From an uncultured virus (IMG/VR IMGVR_UViG_3300036715_000622) (Duplodnaviria; Heunggongvirae; Uroviricota; Caudoviricetes), in IMG/VR virus record IMGVR_UViG_3300036715_000622: 64,000 nucleotides of DNA. One strand, 5' to 3'. Under the pieces are notes generated by a model. The model saw nothing but the letters and a program-made list of their open reading frames with translations. It was not told the DNA's origin and searched no databases. Of this stretch, positions 16,960 through 27,798 are shown one piece after another. Within the stretch, counting starts at the first letter, position 1. Every line of letters starts with the position of its first letter. A program made the position numbers and the translations under genes.

Positions 16960-18441
16960 ATGGCCTATAATTTAGCCCGTAATTCACGCGTGTTTGTTAC
17001 TACAAACTTAAACACCGCTACTGGGGCAGTTCTAACAACTGGTCTTAGTACTACCAATACTTGGGAAGTTCAAGTATTAGATGGTTTTAAGTTTGCTCAG
17101 GCAACAAACTCTGCAAATATTCAAATCAAAGAAGGTGGAAATACACCTATTCGTGGTCAGCGTGCATTTAATACTGCTCTTAATCCGGTAGATATTACAT
17201 TCTCTACATATATGCGTCCACGTTTAAGTGGTGGACTAGTAACTGCTGAAGAACGCGTATTGTGGAATGCCCTAATGGGGGCAGTTGGTATTGACGGAAC
17301 GGTTCAAAATGGTACAGCAGTAGCTGGTGTAACAGTAACTGGTACTACTTTAACTGCACTTACTCGTTCTTCTACAACTTCATCTGTAGTTACTATGGCA
17401 GGTGCAACAATTACTGCAACTGGTCTAGCACTTAATGAAGTTGTAAGTATTACTGGTATGACTGGTACAGGTGCTTCTTACTGGAACCAACCCGCTAAAG
17501 TTACTTCAATTGCTGCAGGTGCAATTGTATTTACATATATTACAGCTCCAGATGCTGCTGCAGGCACTACTTCTGCTGGTGTACCTGCTTCAGGTCAGAT
17601 AATTCTGAAACGTGGTGCATGGGTTGAATACCCAACTGCAACTGGTGTACCTACATCATACGCGCAACTTACAAGTGGTACATCTAATAAGAACCAAATG
17701 CAACCAATCGGTTTTATCTTTATTGTAGATAGTACAGCATATACTGTAGATAACTGCGCTATTGATCAAGCTCAAATTGACTTTGGTCTTGACGCTATTG
17801 CAACGATAGCATGGACTATTAAAGGTACTAAGCTTAATCAGATAGCTATGCCAGTACTGTCAGCAACAGCCGATCCTGTATTTAGTGGTTCCTTAACAGG
17901 TACTGCAACAGGTAAGATCACTACAGCTAACTATATTACTAATAAGCTATCAACTGTTTCTCTACAAAGCAACCTTGGTGGTATTGGTGGTACGGTATAT
18001 GCAGTAGTTATTACCGGTGGTAGCATGACCATTGCAAATAACGTTACTTATGTAACACCTGCAAATATTGGTGTACTAAATACTCCAATTGGTTATTTTA
18101 CTGGTACTCGTGCAATCTCCGGCAACGTAACAGCATATCTGAAGTCTGGCTCAGGTTCACATACTGGTACGCTACTGAATGATATCCTAGTATCATCTGC
18201 AACTAATACTGATACTAAATATCATATGCAAATAGAGGTTGGTGGTGCAACTGCGGGTACTCGTGTAGAACTAGAAATGGATGGTGCTATGCTTGGTATC
18301 CCTTCTGTAGATATTGCAGATGTTGTATCTACAAGTATTACGTTTACTGCACAGGCTGCACAATCTGATATCGGTGCAGCAAATGCCCAATACGATATTG
18401 AGAATACAAACGAACTATTAGTTCGCTACTACTCTCTGTAA
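16960..18441 (+). CDS. Major tail tube protein (T5 pb6-like)
   Basis: L.RNSRVFV...EV.VLDGF.F.Q...FNTALNPV...STY.RP...LWNAL; YITNKLST. Confidence 0.9.
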   Translation: MAYNLARNSRVFVTTNLNTATGAVLTTGLSTTNTWEVQVLDGFKFAQATNSANIQIKEGGNTPIRGQRAFNTALNPVDITFSTYMRPRLSGGLVTAEERVLWNALMGAVGIDGTVQNGTAVAGVTVTGTTLTALTRSSTTSSVVTMAGATITATGLALNEVVSITGMTGTGASYWNQPAKVTSIAAGAIVFTYITAPDAAAGTTSAGVPASGQIILKRGAWVEYPTATGVPTSYAQLTSGTSNKNQMQPIGFIFIVDSTAYTVDNCAIDQAQIDFGLDAIATIAWTIKGTKLNQIAMPVLSATADPVFSGSLTGTATGKITTANYITNKLSTVSLQSNLGGIGGTVYAVVITGGSMTIANNVTYVTPANIGVLNTPIGYFTGTRAISGNVTAYLKSGSGSHTGTLLNDILVSSATNTDTKYHMQIEVGGATAGTRVELEMDGAMLGIPSVDIADVVSTSITFTAQAAQSDIGAANAQYDIENTNELLVRYYSL

Positions 18442-18450
18442 TTGTTTCAC

Positions 18451-18484
18451 AGGGTGGGGATTGATCCCCCCACTCTCTTTTTCT
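18451..18484 (+). terminator. Intrinsic terminator after the tail tube gene
   Basis: GGGTGGGGA-TTGA-TCCCCCCAC followed by T-rich tract. Confidence 0.6.
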
Positions 18485-18506
18485 TTAATTATAATAAGGT
18501 ATTAAA

Positions 18507-18944
18507 ATGTCAAATACAACTGTAAGTCTAAAAAGTCTCCTAGTTCCTACCAAAACGGTAGAAGTTGAATACCCAGGTATGGAAGGATTCAAGCTTAATC
18601 TGTGTTTTCTATCTCGTGAAGAACTGATGAAAATCAGAAAGAAAGCAACTAAAATGGAGTATAAGAATCGCCAACCAGTAGAAACATTGAATGATGAATT
18701 ATTTTTGCAGCTATATGTAGATGCAAGTATTAAAGGTTGGAAAGGGTTGAAATTCTCCTATTTAGAAACACTCGCTCCAGTTGATATCACAGGACTAAAA
18801 GAGGATGATTGTATAGAGTACTCTCGTGAGAATGCACTATATTTAATGAAGTCCAGTGCTAATTTTGATTCCTTTATTAGTGAAACGGTGACAGATTTAG
18901 CAAATTTTCAGCAGACCAGTGGGACACAGTCTACCGTCAAATAA
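18507..18944 (+). CDS. Tail assembly chaperone (gpG-like)
   Basis: Between tail tube and tape measure; slippery A-AAT-TTT at 18902-18908. Confidence 0.85.
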   Translation: MSNTTVSLKSLLVPTKTVEVEYPGMEGFKLNLCFLSREELMKIRKKATKMEYKNRQPVETLNDELFLQLYVDASIKGWKGLKFSYLETLAPVDITGLKEDDCIEYSRENALYLMKSSANFDSFISETVTDLANFQQTSGTQSTVK

Positions 18945-19276
18945 AGTCATATTATCAGAACTCGCAAGTAAATATGAGCAGAGACTCATATTTTGAAATG
19001 TGCGAAATGATGGGGACTGAGCCAGTAGAGGAGGAGATACCAGTAGAATTATCTGATCTATATGAAGAAGTTCAGGAAGCTCTTCTTGTATATAATATGC
19101 TACAAGATAATTGGGACTCTATGAATGGTATTTATATTGGTAAAAACTTCGCGGGCATATCTGATATTTTAGAAATGCAAGAAGTAGAGGATAAGAAAAC
19201 CTGTTATCTAATTCTTAGGATGCTAGATAGTAGACGAAGAAAAATTCTTAACTCAAAAAATAAGTCTACTAGTTAA
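18908..19276 (+). CDS. Tail assembly chaperone -1 frame extension (gpGT-like)
   Basis: The -1 frame is open from 18908 (SADQWDTVYRQ...) into ORF 18974-19276. Confidence 0.8.
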   Translation, partial: SADQWDTVYRQIKSYYQNSQVNMSRDSYFEMCEMMGTEPVEEEIPVELSDLYEEVQEALLVYNMLQDNWDSMNGIYIGKNFAGISDILEMQEVEDKKTCYLILRMLDSRRRKILNSKNKSTS

Positions 19277-19297
19277 CCGCTGGAGTAGGAATAAACT

Positions 19298-19329
19298 AAG
19301 CTCACTATATAAATATAGTGAGCTTTTTT
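19298..19329 (+). terminator. Intrinsic terminator
   Basis: AAGCTCACTATAT-AA-ATATAGTGAGCTT-TTTT. Confidence 0.8.
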
Positions 19330-19351
19330 ATTGCCTATACAAAAATTATCC

Positions 19352-19380
19352 TTGACATTTGCATGCTCTAATGTTATAAT
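19352..19380 (+). promoter_or_regulatory. Consensus promoter for the tape-measure/tail-tip operon
   Basis: TTGACA-17-TATAAT. Confidence 0.85.
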
Positions 19381-19425
19381 GGACTATAAAATGTTGTATG
19401 TACGAATATAAGAGAGGTATCAAGT

Positions 19426-22400
19426 ATGTCAGAAACAGTAAGAGTTAATATAGACGTAGGCGATAATGGGACTACTGCTAAGCTTAATGTAGAGGCGGCA
19501 AAATTACGCAGTAATTATGAGGGAGCACAACGTGCAGCCTCTAATACAAAGGCTTTTACTAGCTCGGCAGCTGCTCGTCCAGCTTCTTCAGCACTGAGCC
19601 AAGCGTCAGAGGACTCTAATCTGTCTCGTGGTGTTAGTGGCGTAACTGGTGCTGCAGGTAGGGACTTTGCTGCTCAAGCCCAAGGTCTTGGCGGTCTAGT
19701 GCACGTATATGCTACATTTGCGGCTAATCTATTTGCTGTAACTGCAGCATTCGAAGCGCTATCAAAAGCTGCTGACGTAACTAATATGGTAAAAGGCTTA
19801 GATCAACTAGGTGCCGTATCAGGACAAGCTCTTGGCTCAATGGCTAAGCATATTACAACACTCACTGATGGTGCAATCTCTTTAAAAGATGCAATGACTG
19901 CAACGGCTCAAGCTACTTCAGGCGGCCTTTCTAGCGAACAGATAAATCGTCTTACAACAGTTGCAAAGAATGCTAGTCAGGCTCTTGGTAGAGATATGCC
20001 TGATGCACTCTCTCGTTTAACCCGTGGTATCGTAAAAATTGAACCAGAATTGTTAGATGAACTAGGTATTATGGCTAAGGTAATACCATCTCAACAGGCG
20101 TATGCTCGTGAGGTGGGTAAATCTGTGTCTGCTCTTACTGACTTTGAGAAACGTCAAGCGTACGCTATTGCCGTTATTACTGAAGGTGAAAAGAAATTTG
20201 GAGCAATCCAAATAGATGCTAATCCATACTCAAAGCTACTAGCATCAATGACTAACTTAGCTTTAGCTGGTGCAGAATTAGCCAATAAAGTTTTGGGACC
20301 AATTGCCAAAATACTTGCGGAGAGCCCAACAGCTCTGGGTGCAATAATGGCAGGTATTGCAGGTATGTTATTAAGTAAAGCAATACCAGCCCTTACCCAA
20401 TATAAACAGGTTATGTTAGATAGTGCCATTGCTTCTGGTAAGTTAGCTAAAAGTCAAAAGGATGCGGCAGAGAACTTTGATATTGAAGGTAAGTTAGCGG
20501 CTGGAGAGAAAGCTGCTAATAAGTTCAGACTAGCTTCCGCGGCTGCAGCTGCAGAAGCTCAGCATATACTGCAGACAGGTGGAAAAAATAAATTAGCTAA
20601 TATATTTAATCAAGATGACTTTAAAGTAACAGAAAGTACATTACAAAGCATAGATAATGAGTACAATAAAGTAACAGAAAGACATATGCTTGCACAGGCA
20701 GCATATGTTAAAGCAGTTGAAGAAGGAGATAAAAAGGAGGCAGCATTAGCAGCAAGAAGAGCAAGTAATGCTGCAGAACAGGCTAAAGCAATAAGTCTGG
20801 CCAGAAGTAAAGCTGTGGACTCCATGATACAGAGTAAAGAGGCAGATAATGCTAGAGAAAGAGCGGCAGATGAGGTAGAGAAAAATTTTAGTAGATTATC
20901 TGTAGGTGGAGCACTAGTTAAAAAAGCAGAGGATGCAGAAAAAGCTTTCTCCAAAATGGCAGTACAAGCTAATGTAGCTGGAAACGTTAAGCTAGGTGGG
21001 CTATCATATGCATTAAAAGAACTGAAAAAAGACATAGAGGCTACTACTATTGAATTAAAAAATGCTGATGGTACAACACAATCATTTTCCAAAGTTAAAT
21101 TAGATCCAATAGAGGCAGGGTTTGCTAGGTTAAAAGGTGTAATAACTGCCGCAGGCACTGCTGTGGCTATAGTCGCAAGTTCTTTCCAAGCAGTATTAGT
21201 ATATATAGGAATAGTCGTAGCAACTTTTCAAATATTAGATAGTATTTTTAGTAGCAATGAAAAGCAGGCTACCAATTATTCAACTGCGATAGATACTCTA
21301 ACAGAATCCTTTGATAATATAGACAGAACCCTAGCAGCTATTGAAAATAAAAAACCCTTAGAGCAAATTAACGCTATAAGTATCCAAGCAAGTGCTATGG
21401 CTCTAAAAGAGCTATCTGATAGTCTTATTAACGTAACACAGAGTTTTAAAGATTTAAATAAATATTCTAGTGGGTGGGATAAAGCCTGGGACTGGATAAA
21501 GGGTATATTTGGCAAGGGTTCTCAAGATAAATTAGCAGAAGGTATGGGCAAATCAGTAGATAAAGCTCTACTTACCATTAGTGATCCAAAACGTAAAGAA
21601 GAAGCAACTAAAAGTATACAAAGTCTATTTGGTGGAGAAGGCGTAGATATATCCGGAACAAATATTAAAAAAATGATGCAAAGCTTAAGTGAGTCTGATG
21701 CTTTAGCAGTAGCAGAGAAGATTACCGAAGAGTTAAAGAATATATCTATGGAAAGCTCTAATGCAGCCTCTAGACAAGCTGAATTTACTGATGCAATGAA
21801 AAAAGGTGCTAGAGCAGCAGCTGATTTATCTAATTCATATATACCAACAGATAAGGTATCTCAAGTGATAATAGCTCAAGTGGAAAGCCTAGGCAAATTA
21901 GCCTTAGCTTCTGCTAGTAGTAAAGGTGCAGTTACAGCGCTTACAGAAGCTGTAAGTTCCTTTAGTAACCTTAGTGCATTTCCACCAGAAATGGCTACTG
22001 CACTACTAGATCATAAAAATGATATTGAGAAAATTGGTGAGCAATATGCTACTGCAAAAGCCGAAGCCTCTTTATATACAAAAACTTTAACAGAATTAAT
22101 AGCAAAACAAAAACAACTTGAAGAAAGAAAGAGCCAATTAAATAGTAATGGAAGATCTGCAGCATTTATAGATATGGATTCCTCTTTACAAGCGGAGGAA
22201 AATAAACTAAAAGCTCAGATTGCTACCATGGAAAGAGCTAAAAGTGATGCAAATAAAAATGCACAAAAAGCAGAAGAAGATATGCAAGAGATTTCATCAA
22301 AGTTTACCCCTTTAATAAGTAAGTCATTACTAGATGCATTTAATGTAGTAAATAAACTAGTAGATCAGGCAGGGGAAAAAGCAAGTATTAACTTTTCAAA

Positions 22401-25400
22401 AGCTATAAATGACTTGATCCCAGGTGGGGGATCAGTAGAAGAAGCTACTAGGCTAGCACAGGAAGAAATCTCAGTGCAGGAGAAAATGCTAGAAATAGAT
22501 AGAGCAATGATTATTGCAATGGATACTCTTGGAGCAAAATATGCTCTGGCTACAGCAGAAAGTGATATTAAGAAGTATGAGGGAAATAAAAATTCTCCTG
22601 AGTATAAAGCAGCACTAGCTTCAAGAGATGCTGCCTTAGGTACTAAAAACCTAGTAGGAATGAGTTCTGCAGAGTTAAAAGCCTTTATAGACGCAAAGAA
22701 GGATGAGAAAGATCAAGACCAAGCTTCTTTAGCTATACAAAAAGAAGCATTTCAACTATATCAAAAGCAAGTTAATTTAGAGGTAAAAAGTGTAGAATTA
22801 GCTGGACAGCATAATGTTATAAGTTTACAAGGGGCTATAAACTTATTAAAACAGCAAGAATCCAATATTGCTGCTGATATGGAAGCTAGTAAAAATAGAC
22901 AAGTAGCTGATCTAAATTCATTAGATATGCTAACTTCGTATTCATCTCTTTATAATGAAGTACTAGAGAAAGAAAAATTATCTTTAAGATTACAAATAAA
23001 TAGAACAGAAGAAACGAAAGCTCAGCTAGCTTATGATAGTGCTAGACAGCAACTAATTACACTAGAAAATGCTGGTGCATCCTCTTCTAGTATACAACAA
23101 GGTCGTATACGCCTAAGTGTACTAGAACAGCAGCTCAATACAGCCAAACAAATTAGAATATTAGAAGATACTAAAGCAAATCAAGAAAATGATAGAGCTA
23201 GACTAGCCTCTCTAAAGTTTATAAGAGATGAAGATGCTAAAATAGCTGATTTTCAATTAAGTATTGAGAATTCAAATATAGATTTAGATAGAAAGCGTTT
23301 AGATTCTGCAAATTCCTTATACACTTTAAATCAAGAAATGTATAATGCAGAATTAAGGGCTTTGGATATTAAAGCTGAAAAATTACGTTATAATAATGAA
23401 CTAATGAAGTTAGAAAATCGCAAAGCGGACGTAATAGATCCAAAACAACAACAATTAGATAGACTAGACGCATCTATAAAAGCTGGGACAGAAGAGGTAG
23501 GGTCTCAATCTCCAGAATTTATGGCACAGCAAATTTCTGAAGCCAGCATTTTACGTACAGAGATTAGTAAACTAACTGATACATATAATGCAGATGCAGA
23601 GGCCTTATCCATTTCTAATAAAAATAAGCTAACTAGTATAGGAATAGATTATAAGGCAAAAGAAGAAGTAAGAGCCCTAAATGATCTATTAGCGGCTCAG
23701 ACGGGAATTGTAGAAGGTTTAAGTGCAGTATTTGGTACTTTAGGCACTTCTATAGGTAACGTGGTAGATGCCTTCTTTAAGATGAGTAACGCACAAGATA
23801 AATTAGATAAAGGCAAAGCACATGATGATGAAGAATTACGTAAAAAAGCAGCTGCTAATGAGTTTAAAACTAAAGAGGAAGAAATAAAAGCATTTGAAAA
23901 AGTAGAGACTAAGTATAGAACAGACTCTATTAAGAATGAATTAACAGGGTATGCAAAAATAGCTGAAGGGGTAAAAGGGTTATTTAGTGAAAAAACAGCA
24001 GCATATAAGGTATTTAATGCATTTGAAGTAGGTCTGCATGTAGCTAAACTTGGAATGGATATAGCTGAAATTACTTCTGCATGGGCTAAGGCAAGCCAAG
24101 AAAATGCTGCAACTCTATCAACAATACCAGTTAATGCGCAAGGAGCATTAACTAAGGCGTTAAACAATGTATTCCCGTATAACTTAATAGCCTTTGCTGT
24201 AGTAGCTGCAATGTTAGCTTCAATAGGAAGTATGTCTGGAGGAGGTGGGGCAGCCCCAGCAATCCCACAAGAAGCAACAGCTCAATATAGACAGGAACAG
24301 CAAGGTACTGGCACAGTTTTGGGAGATTCAACAGCGCACTCTAACTCAATTGCTAAAGGTATTGATATACTTTCAGCCCATAGTTTCGAAATGCTTGACT
24401 ATACTCATGGTATGCTAACTGCATTAAAGAGTATTGATAAGGGTATGAGTGGATTAGCAAATGCACTAGTTAAAGTCGGAGGTATTACTGGAGTTAATGG
24501 AAAATCAGCATTTGGTACAGTAGAATCATCTAGTTCAAGTCCAGGATTTCTCGGTATTGGAGCAAGTAGTAGTAGTACTTCTATTACTGATACTGGTATA
24601 CAACTACAAGGTACCGTTAAGCAGTTATCTGAAATGAATGGTATAATCAAACAGTATGAAACTACTGTTACTCAATGGACAAAAAGTGGCTTCTTGGGTA
24701 TTGGTTCTAGTAGTGGTACTAGTGTTAATACACAGTTTAAAGATATAATAGATAACGGTACTAAGAAACAAGTTAGTATGATATTCTCTGGTATGCGTGA
24801 GTCTATTGTAGAAGGTATGAAATTACTCTCCTTCTCCTCTAAAGATATTGCAGATTTATTAAGTAGAGTTGATGCTATTAACTTTGTTGGGGATGCTCTG
24901 AGTGTATCACTGAAGGGTCTTTCTGGTGATGATATTAAAAATGCCCTTAATGGTGTATTTAGTGCTGCATTTGATAAAATGGTTGGAACAGTAGCGCCGT
25001 GGGCTGTTAAATTCCAAAAAGTTGGAGAAGGGTTAGGAGAAACATTCATACGTCTAGCCTCGGATGCTCGTACTCTTAATATGTCATTAGAAGCTGCTGG
25101 TATGGGTGTAAATAGTTTTAACATCCAATTTGAGAAAGGACACCCTAAAGATACTGTAAAGTATGCAAGTCAAGCACAATTAACAGAACTAGATAGTGCT
25201 AGTACAGAACATGCTGCATTAGAAGCCAAAGTTAAGAAACTTAAAGAAGGTGGGCTATTCTCACTTCGTGGTATTGTTGATGTAACCGATGATAGTGTAC
25301 TTACAGAGTATAATAGTGTACTGGCTAAGGCACAAGATGACCTTGCGAAGTCCGACGCTAGACTAGCAGCGGCCCAAAAGGCTGTAGGGGATGCTACCAC

Positions 25401-26916
25401 ATCATGGGCTGAGGATCTGACAAAAGCCCAGCAGTACTTATTAAACGGTGCAGGCGGAGCGGATGCTTTTAATAGTAAGTTACAGTTTATCACAGATAAC
25501 TTTATGACAAGTGAGCAAAAATTAGCTCCAGTATCTGCAAGAGTTAGAAATGCTTTTGCTGATATGACACCTAAAACATCAGAAATAGGCTCAGTAGCAG
25601 GATTAGGAGCTCAACTACAATCTATGGGTCTAGCAGTACCTAACACTAGAGCTGAGTTTACTAACTTACTAACTACACTTAGTGATCCTAATAATGCTCT
25701 TGGTATTACTACAGAGAAAGGAGCAGATTTATTTAATGCATTATTAGATATTGCACCAGCCTTCGACGCTGTCGCGACGGCCCTAGAAGGAATAGCCAAA
25801 ACAGTTGCTGATATTGTAACTCGTGGTCAAGATATGATCTTCAATATGAAGATGGATGTTGCAAACCCAGAGCAAAAATATTCTTTAGTAGATCAGAAAG
25901 CTAATGATTATAATAAAATCATGCATGATTCTACAAAAACGTTCTCTGAACAAGCAATTGCGGCCAATAGACTATTAGATACAATAAATCAAGGCTGGGG
26001 ACTGCTCAATGATGACCAAAAGAAAGAAGGACTAGCTCAGTATACTGCTAAAGTAACTGAGATCATGGCCTTTATGGAAAAACAGGGTATGTCAGCTATG
26101 GTTGATATGACTCCTGATGGTATTGGTATCATTGGAGCTGTTAATTCCTCTAGGGATGCTATAGTATCTGCCATAAAGTCCATAGACCCGAGTTATAACC
26201 CTAAAAATGATCCAACTTTAGCACACGCTACAGCAGATGTAATAGCTCAACATAGTATTGATAAAATCGCATCAAGTACACTAGACTTAGCAAAGATAGC
26301 AAAAAATACATCAGTTACACCGGAGGCTGAAAAGTTACCCGAGATAGTAAAATCAGTATCTGAACAAGATCTAGCAGGTATTGATAGTATAGCTACTAAA
26401 ATGGGGGAAAAATTATCCACTAGTGTTAGTTCCGCAATTGCTACTAATCCACAAATCTCGGCAGCATTAAAAAATTCTACTGATGTTGGTGCTAGAGCAG
26501 ATGGTATGACATCAGAAAAACTACCAGCAGAGGTGGCAGGTATACTAGATCATATTAATACTTACTCATCTGCGACAATAGCTGACATTAACTCAATGGT
26601 GTCTATGTTTAGTGGTTTAGAAAAGGATATAGCTAAAGTACCTAGTAGCCCAGAGGTTGAGGCTTTCAAGCAAGATTTAGCAAGTAATAAGCAAGCACTA
26701 AAAGACCAGGAATCTACAATTGAAGCATCTAAAGCTGCAGCAACTGCTGCAGTAGCAAATTTAGCCGCAGGCACTGGAAGTTTAGCAAATGTTACTGCCG
26801 CACTACAAGGACTAATTAGTAGTTTAGCAGCAGTAGCTAAAGAGCCTGCAAATGTAAATGTCTCTGTAAGTGTATCAGCACCTGCGGGTTCTGAGGTAGG
26901 TACTGGAGTTCACTAA
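19426..26916 (+). CDS. Tail tape measure protein, 2496 aa
   Basis: T5 pb2-like N-terminus (RDFAAQAQGLGGLVHVYATFAANLFA; RLTRGIVKIEPELLDELGI); long Ala/Lys/Glu-rich helical body. Confidence 0.93.
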   Translation: MSETVRVNIDVGDNGTTAKLNVEAAKLRSNYEGAQRAASNTKAFTSSAAARPASSALSQASEDSNLSRGVSGVTGAAGRDFAAQAQGLGGLVHVYATFAANLFAVTAAFEALSKAADVTNMVKGLDQLGAVSGQALGSMAKHITTLTDGAISLKDAMTATAQATSGGLSSEQINRLTTVAKNASQALGRDMPDALSRLTRGIVKIEPELLDELGIMAKVIPSQQAYAREVGKSVSALTDFEKRQAYAIAVITEGEKKFGAIQIDANPYSKLLASMTNLALAGAELANKVLGPIAKILAESPTALGAIMAGIAGMLLSKAIPALTQYKQVMLDSAIASGKLAKSQKDAAENFDIEGKLAAGEKAANKFRLASAAAAAEAQHILQTGGKNKLANIFNQDDFKVTESTLQSIDNEYNKVTERHMLAQAAYVKAVEEGDKKEAALAARRASNAAEQAKAISLARSKAVDSMIQSKEADNARERAADEVEKNFSRLSVGGALVKKAEDAEKAFSKMAVQANVAGNVKLGGLSYALKELKKDIEATTIELKNADGTTQSFSKVKLDPIEAGFARLKGVITAAGTAVAIVASSFQAVLVYIGIVVATFQILDSIFSSNEKQATNYSTAIDTLTESFDNIDRTLAAIENKKPLEQINAISIQASAMALKELSDSLINVTQSFKDLNKYSSGWDKAWDWIKGIFGKGSQDKLAEGMGKSVDKALLTISDPKRKEEATKSIQSLFGGEGVDISGTNIKKMMQSLSESDALAVAEKITEELKNISMESSNAASRQAEFTDAMKKGARAAADLSNSYIPTDKVSQVIIAQVESLGKLALASASSKGAVTALTEAVSSFSNLSAFPPEMATALLDHKNDIEKIGEQYATAKAEASLYTKTLTELIAKQKQLEERKSQLNSNGRSAAFIDMDSSLQAEENKLKAQIATMERAKSDANKNAQKAEEDMQEISSKFTPLISKSLLDAFNVVNKLVDQAGEKASINFSKAINDLIPGGGSVEEATRLAQEEISVQEKMLEIDRAMIIAMDTLGAKYALATAESDIKKYEGNKNSPEYKAALASRDAALGTKNLVGMSSAELKAFIDAKKDEKDQDQASLAIQKEAFQLYQKQVNLEVKSVELAGQHNVISLQGAINLLKQQESNIAADMEASKNRQVADLNSLDMLTSYSSLYNEVLEKEKLSLRLQINRTEETKAQLAYDSARQQLITLENAGASSSSIQQGRIRLSVLEQQLNTAKQIRILEDTKANQENDRARLASLKFIRDEDAKIADFQLSIENSNIDLDRKRLDSANSLYTLNQEMYNAELRALDIKAEKLRYNNELMKLENRKADVIDPKQQQLDRLDASIKAGTEEVGSQSPEFMAQQISEASILRTEISKLTDTYNADAEALSISNKNKLTSIGIDYKAKEEVRALNDLLAAQTGIVEGLSAVFGTLGTSIGNVVDAFFKMSNAQDKLDKGKAHDDEELRKKAAANEFKTKEEEIKAFEKVETKYRTDSIKNELTGYAKIAEGVKGLFSEKTAAYKVFNAFEVGLHVAKLGMDIAEITSAWAKASQENAATLSTIPVNAQGALTKALNNVFPYNLIAFAVVAAMLASIGSMSGGGGAAPAIPQEATAQYRQEQQGTGTVLGDSTAHSNSIAKGIDILSAHSFEMLDYTHGMLTALKSIDKGMSGLANALVKVGGITGVNGKSAFGTVESSSSSPGFLGIGASSSSTSITDTGIQLQGTVKQLSEMNGIIKQYETTVTQWTKSGFLGIGSSSGTSVNTQFKDIIDNGTKKQVSMIFSGMRESIVEGMKLLSFSSKDIADLLSRVDAINFVGDALSVSLKGLSGDDIKNALNGVFSAAFDKMVGTVAPWAVKFQKVGEGLGETFIRLASDARTLNMSLEAAGMGVNSFNIQFEKGHPKDTVKYASQAQLTELDSASTEHAALEAKVKKLKEGGLFSLRGIVDVTDDSVLTEYNSVLAKAQDDLAKSDARLAAAQKAVGDATTSWAEDLTKAQQYLLNGAGGADAFNSKLQFITDNFMTSEQKLAPVSARVRNAFADMTPKTSEIGSVAGLGAQLQSMGLAVPNTRAEFTNLLTTLSDPNNALGITTEKGADLFNALLDIAPAFDAVATALEGIAKTVADIVTRGQDMIFNMKMDVANPEQKYSLVDQKANDYNKIMHDSTKTFSEQAIAANRLLDTINQGWGLLNDDQKKEGLAQYTAKVTEIMAFMEKQGMSAMVDMTPDGIGIIGAVNSSRDAIVSAIKSIDPSYNPKNDPTLAHATADVIAQHSIDKIASSTLDLAKIAKNTSVTPEAEKLPEIVKSVSEQDLAGIDSIATKMGEKLSTSVSSAIATNPQISAALKNSTDVGARADGMTSEKLPAEVAGILDHINTYSSATIADINSMVSMFSGLEKDIAKVPSSPEVEAFKQDLASNKQALKDQESTIEASKAAATAAVANLAAGTGSLANVTAALQGLISSLAAVAKEPANVNVSVSVSAPAGSEVGTGVH

Positions 26917-27467
26917 TGAAAACACTAACAACTGCATATTCATCTGTAGTTACTGCAACAAAAACTCTACCAGGATATTTAGTAGAGATTATAATGCCTA
27001 CTACCTATTTAAGATTTTCCTCAATAGGTGATGTTACCTGGAAAGGAAATTATTTTATAGGTAGTAGTATAAAGGTTTCTGGAATTTCTTCAAATCCTGG
27101 TGGAAATTCCACCGGAAACCTTTCTCTTAGCCCAGATCCCTCAGACCCAAATATACTAGTAGGGTACGCTCTCAACTCTAATGAGGGATTTATGGGTAGA
27201 GAGATTAGGATTTGGTCATTTGATAGTACTCTAGTAGGTAGTACTACTACTGGAGTACTAGAAACGGCTGATGCCATACCTATATTTTCAGGAATAGGGG
27301 ATAATGTAAGTATAGATAAGCTAGAAATTACTATTAGTCTATCATCTAGTAGTATTACTTATCTATATGCCCCTAGAGTTAAGATATGTAAAGCAAGTGG
27401 TTTCAATTTTATTCAACCTAAAGGTCTGCGTATTCCTTGGGGTAACGAAGTATTTGTATTGGAGTAA
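26916..27467 (+). CDS. Tail tip / baseplate hub-like protein
   Basis: Directly after TMP; LRFSS..DVTWKG..F...GREIRIW...IFSG. Confidence 0.6.
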   Translation: MKTLTTAYSSVVTATKTLPGYLVEIIMPTTYLRFSSIGDVTWKGNYFIGSSIKVSGISSNPGGNSTGNLSLSPDPSDPNILVGYALNSNEGFMGREIRIWSFDSTLVGSTTTGVLETADAIPIFSGIGDNVSIDKLEITISLSSSSITYLYAPRVKICKASGFNFIQPKGLRIPWGNEVFVLE

Positions 27468-27470
27468 TCA

Positions 27471-27797
27471 ATGGCAGTCTACCCAACATTTGGACAGGAT
27501 ATTAGTTCAACAGAAACACTACTAGATGATATTCAAGTAGACCGTGCCTCTAATGGGCGCATACGTTTACGTGGGTTTTATGCCTCATCAGTAAAAGAGT
27601 ATACAGTAGTACATACATTAACAACAACTGATAAGGATATACTGGAAACTTTCTATAATACGAATAGAAATACTAGTTTTACTTTTACTTGGGTACCTGA
27701 TAATAGTTCTCATACTTGTATGTTTAGTGGAGCACCTGCATATACTATAATTGGCCCAGGTTTCTGGACTGTTACTACTAAATTGGTGGTGGTATAA
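27471..27797 (+). CDS. Distal-tail-like minor tail protein
   Basis: About 108 aa; LETFY....SFTFTW pattern like lambda gpM-type proteins. Confidence 0.55.
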   Translation: MAVYPTFGQDISSTETLLDDIQVDRASNGRIRLRGFYASSVKEYTVVHTLTTTDKDILETFYNTNRNTSFTFTWVPDNSSHTCMFSGAPAYTIIGPGFWTVTTKLVVV

Positions 27798-27798
27798 T

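Noticed and set aside
20154..26774. Many antisense ORFs within the tape measure gene (likewise in capsid, D5, D13, D15 and pol)
   Set aside because: Shadow ORFs from codon bias of the real genes; no SDs or recognisable motifs.
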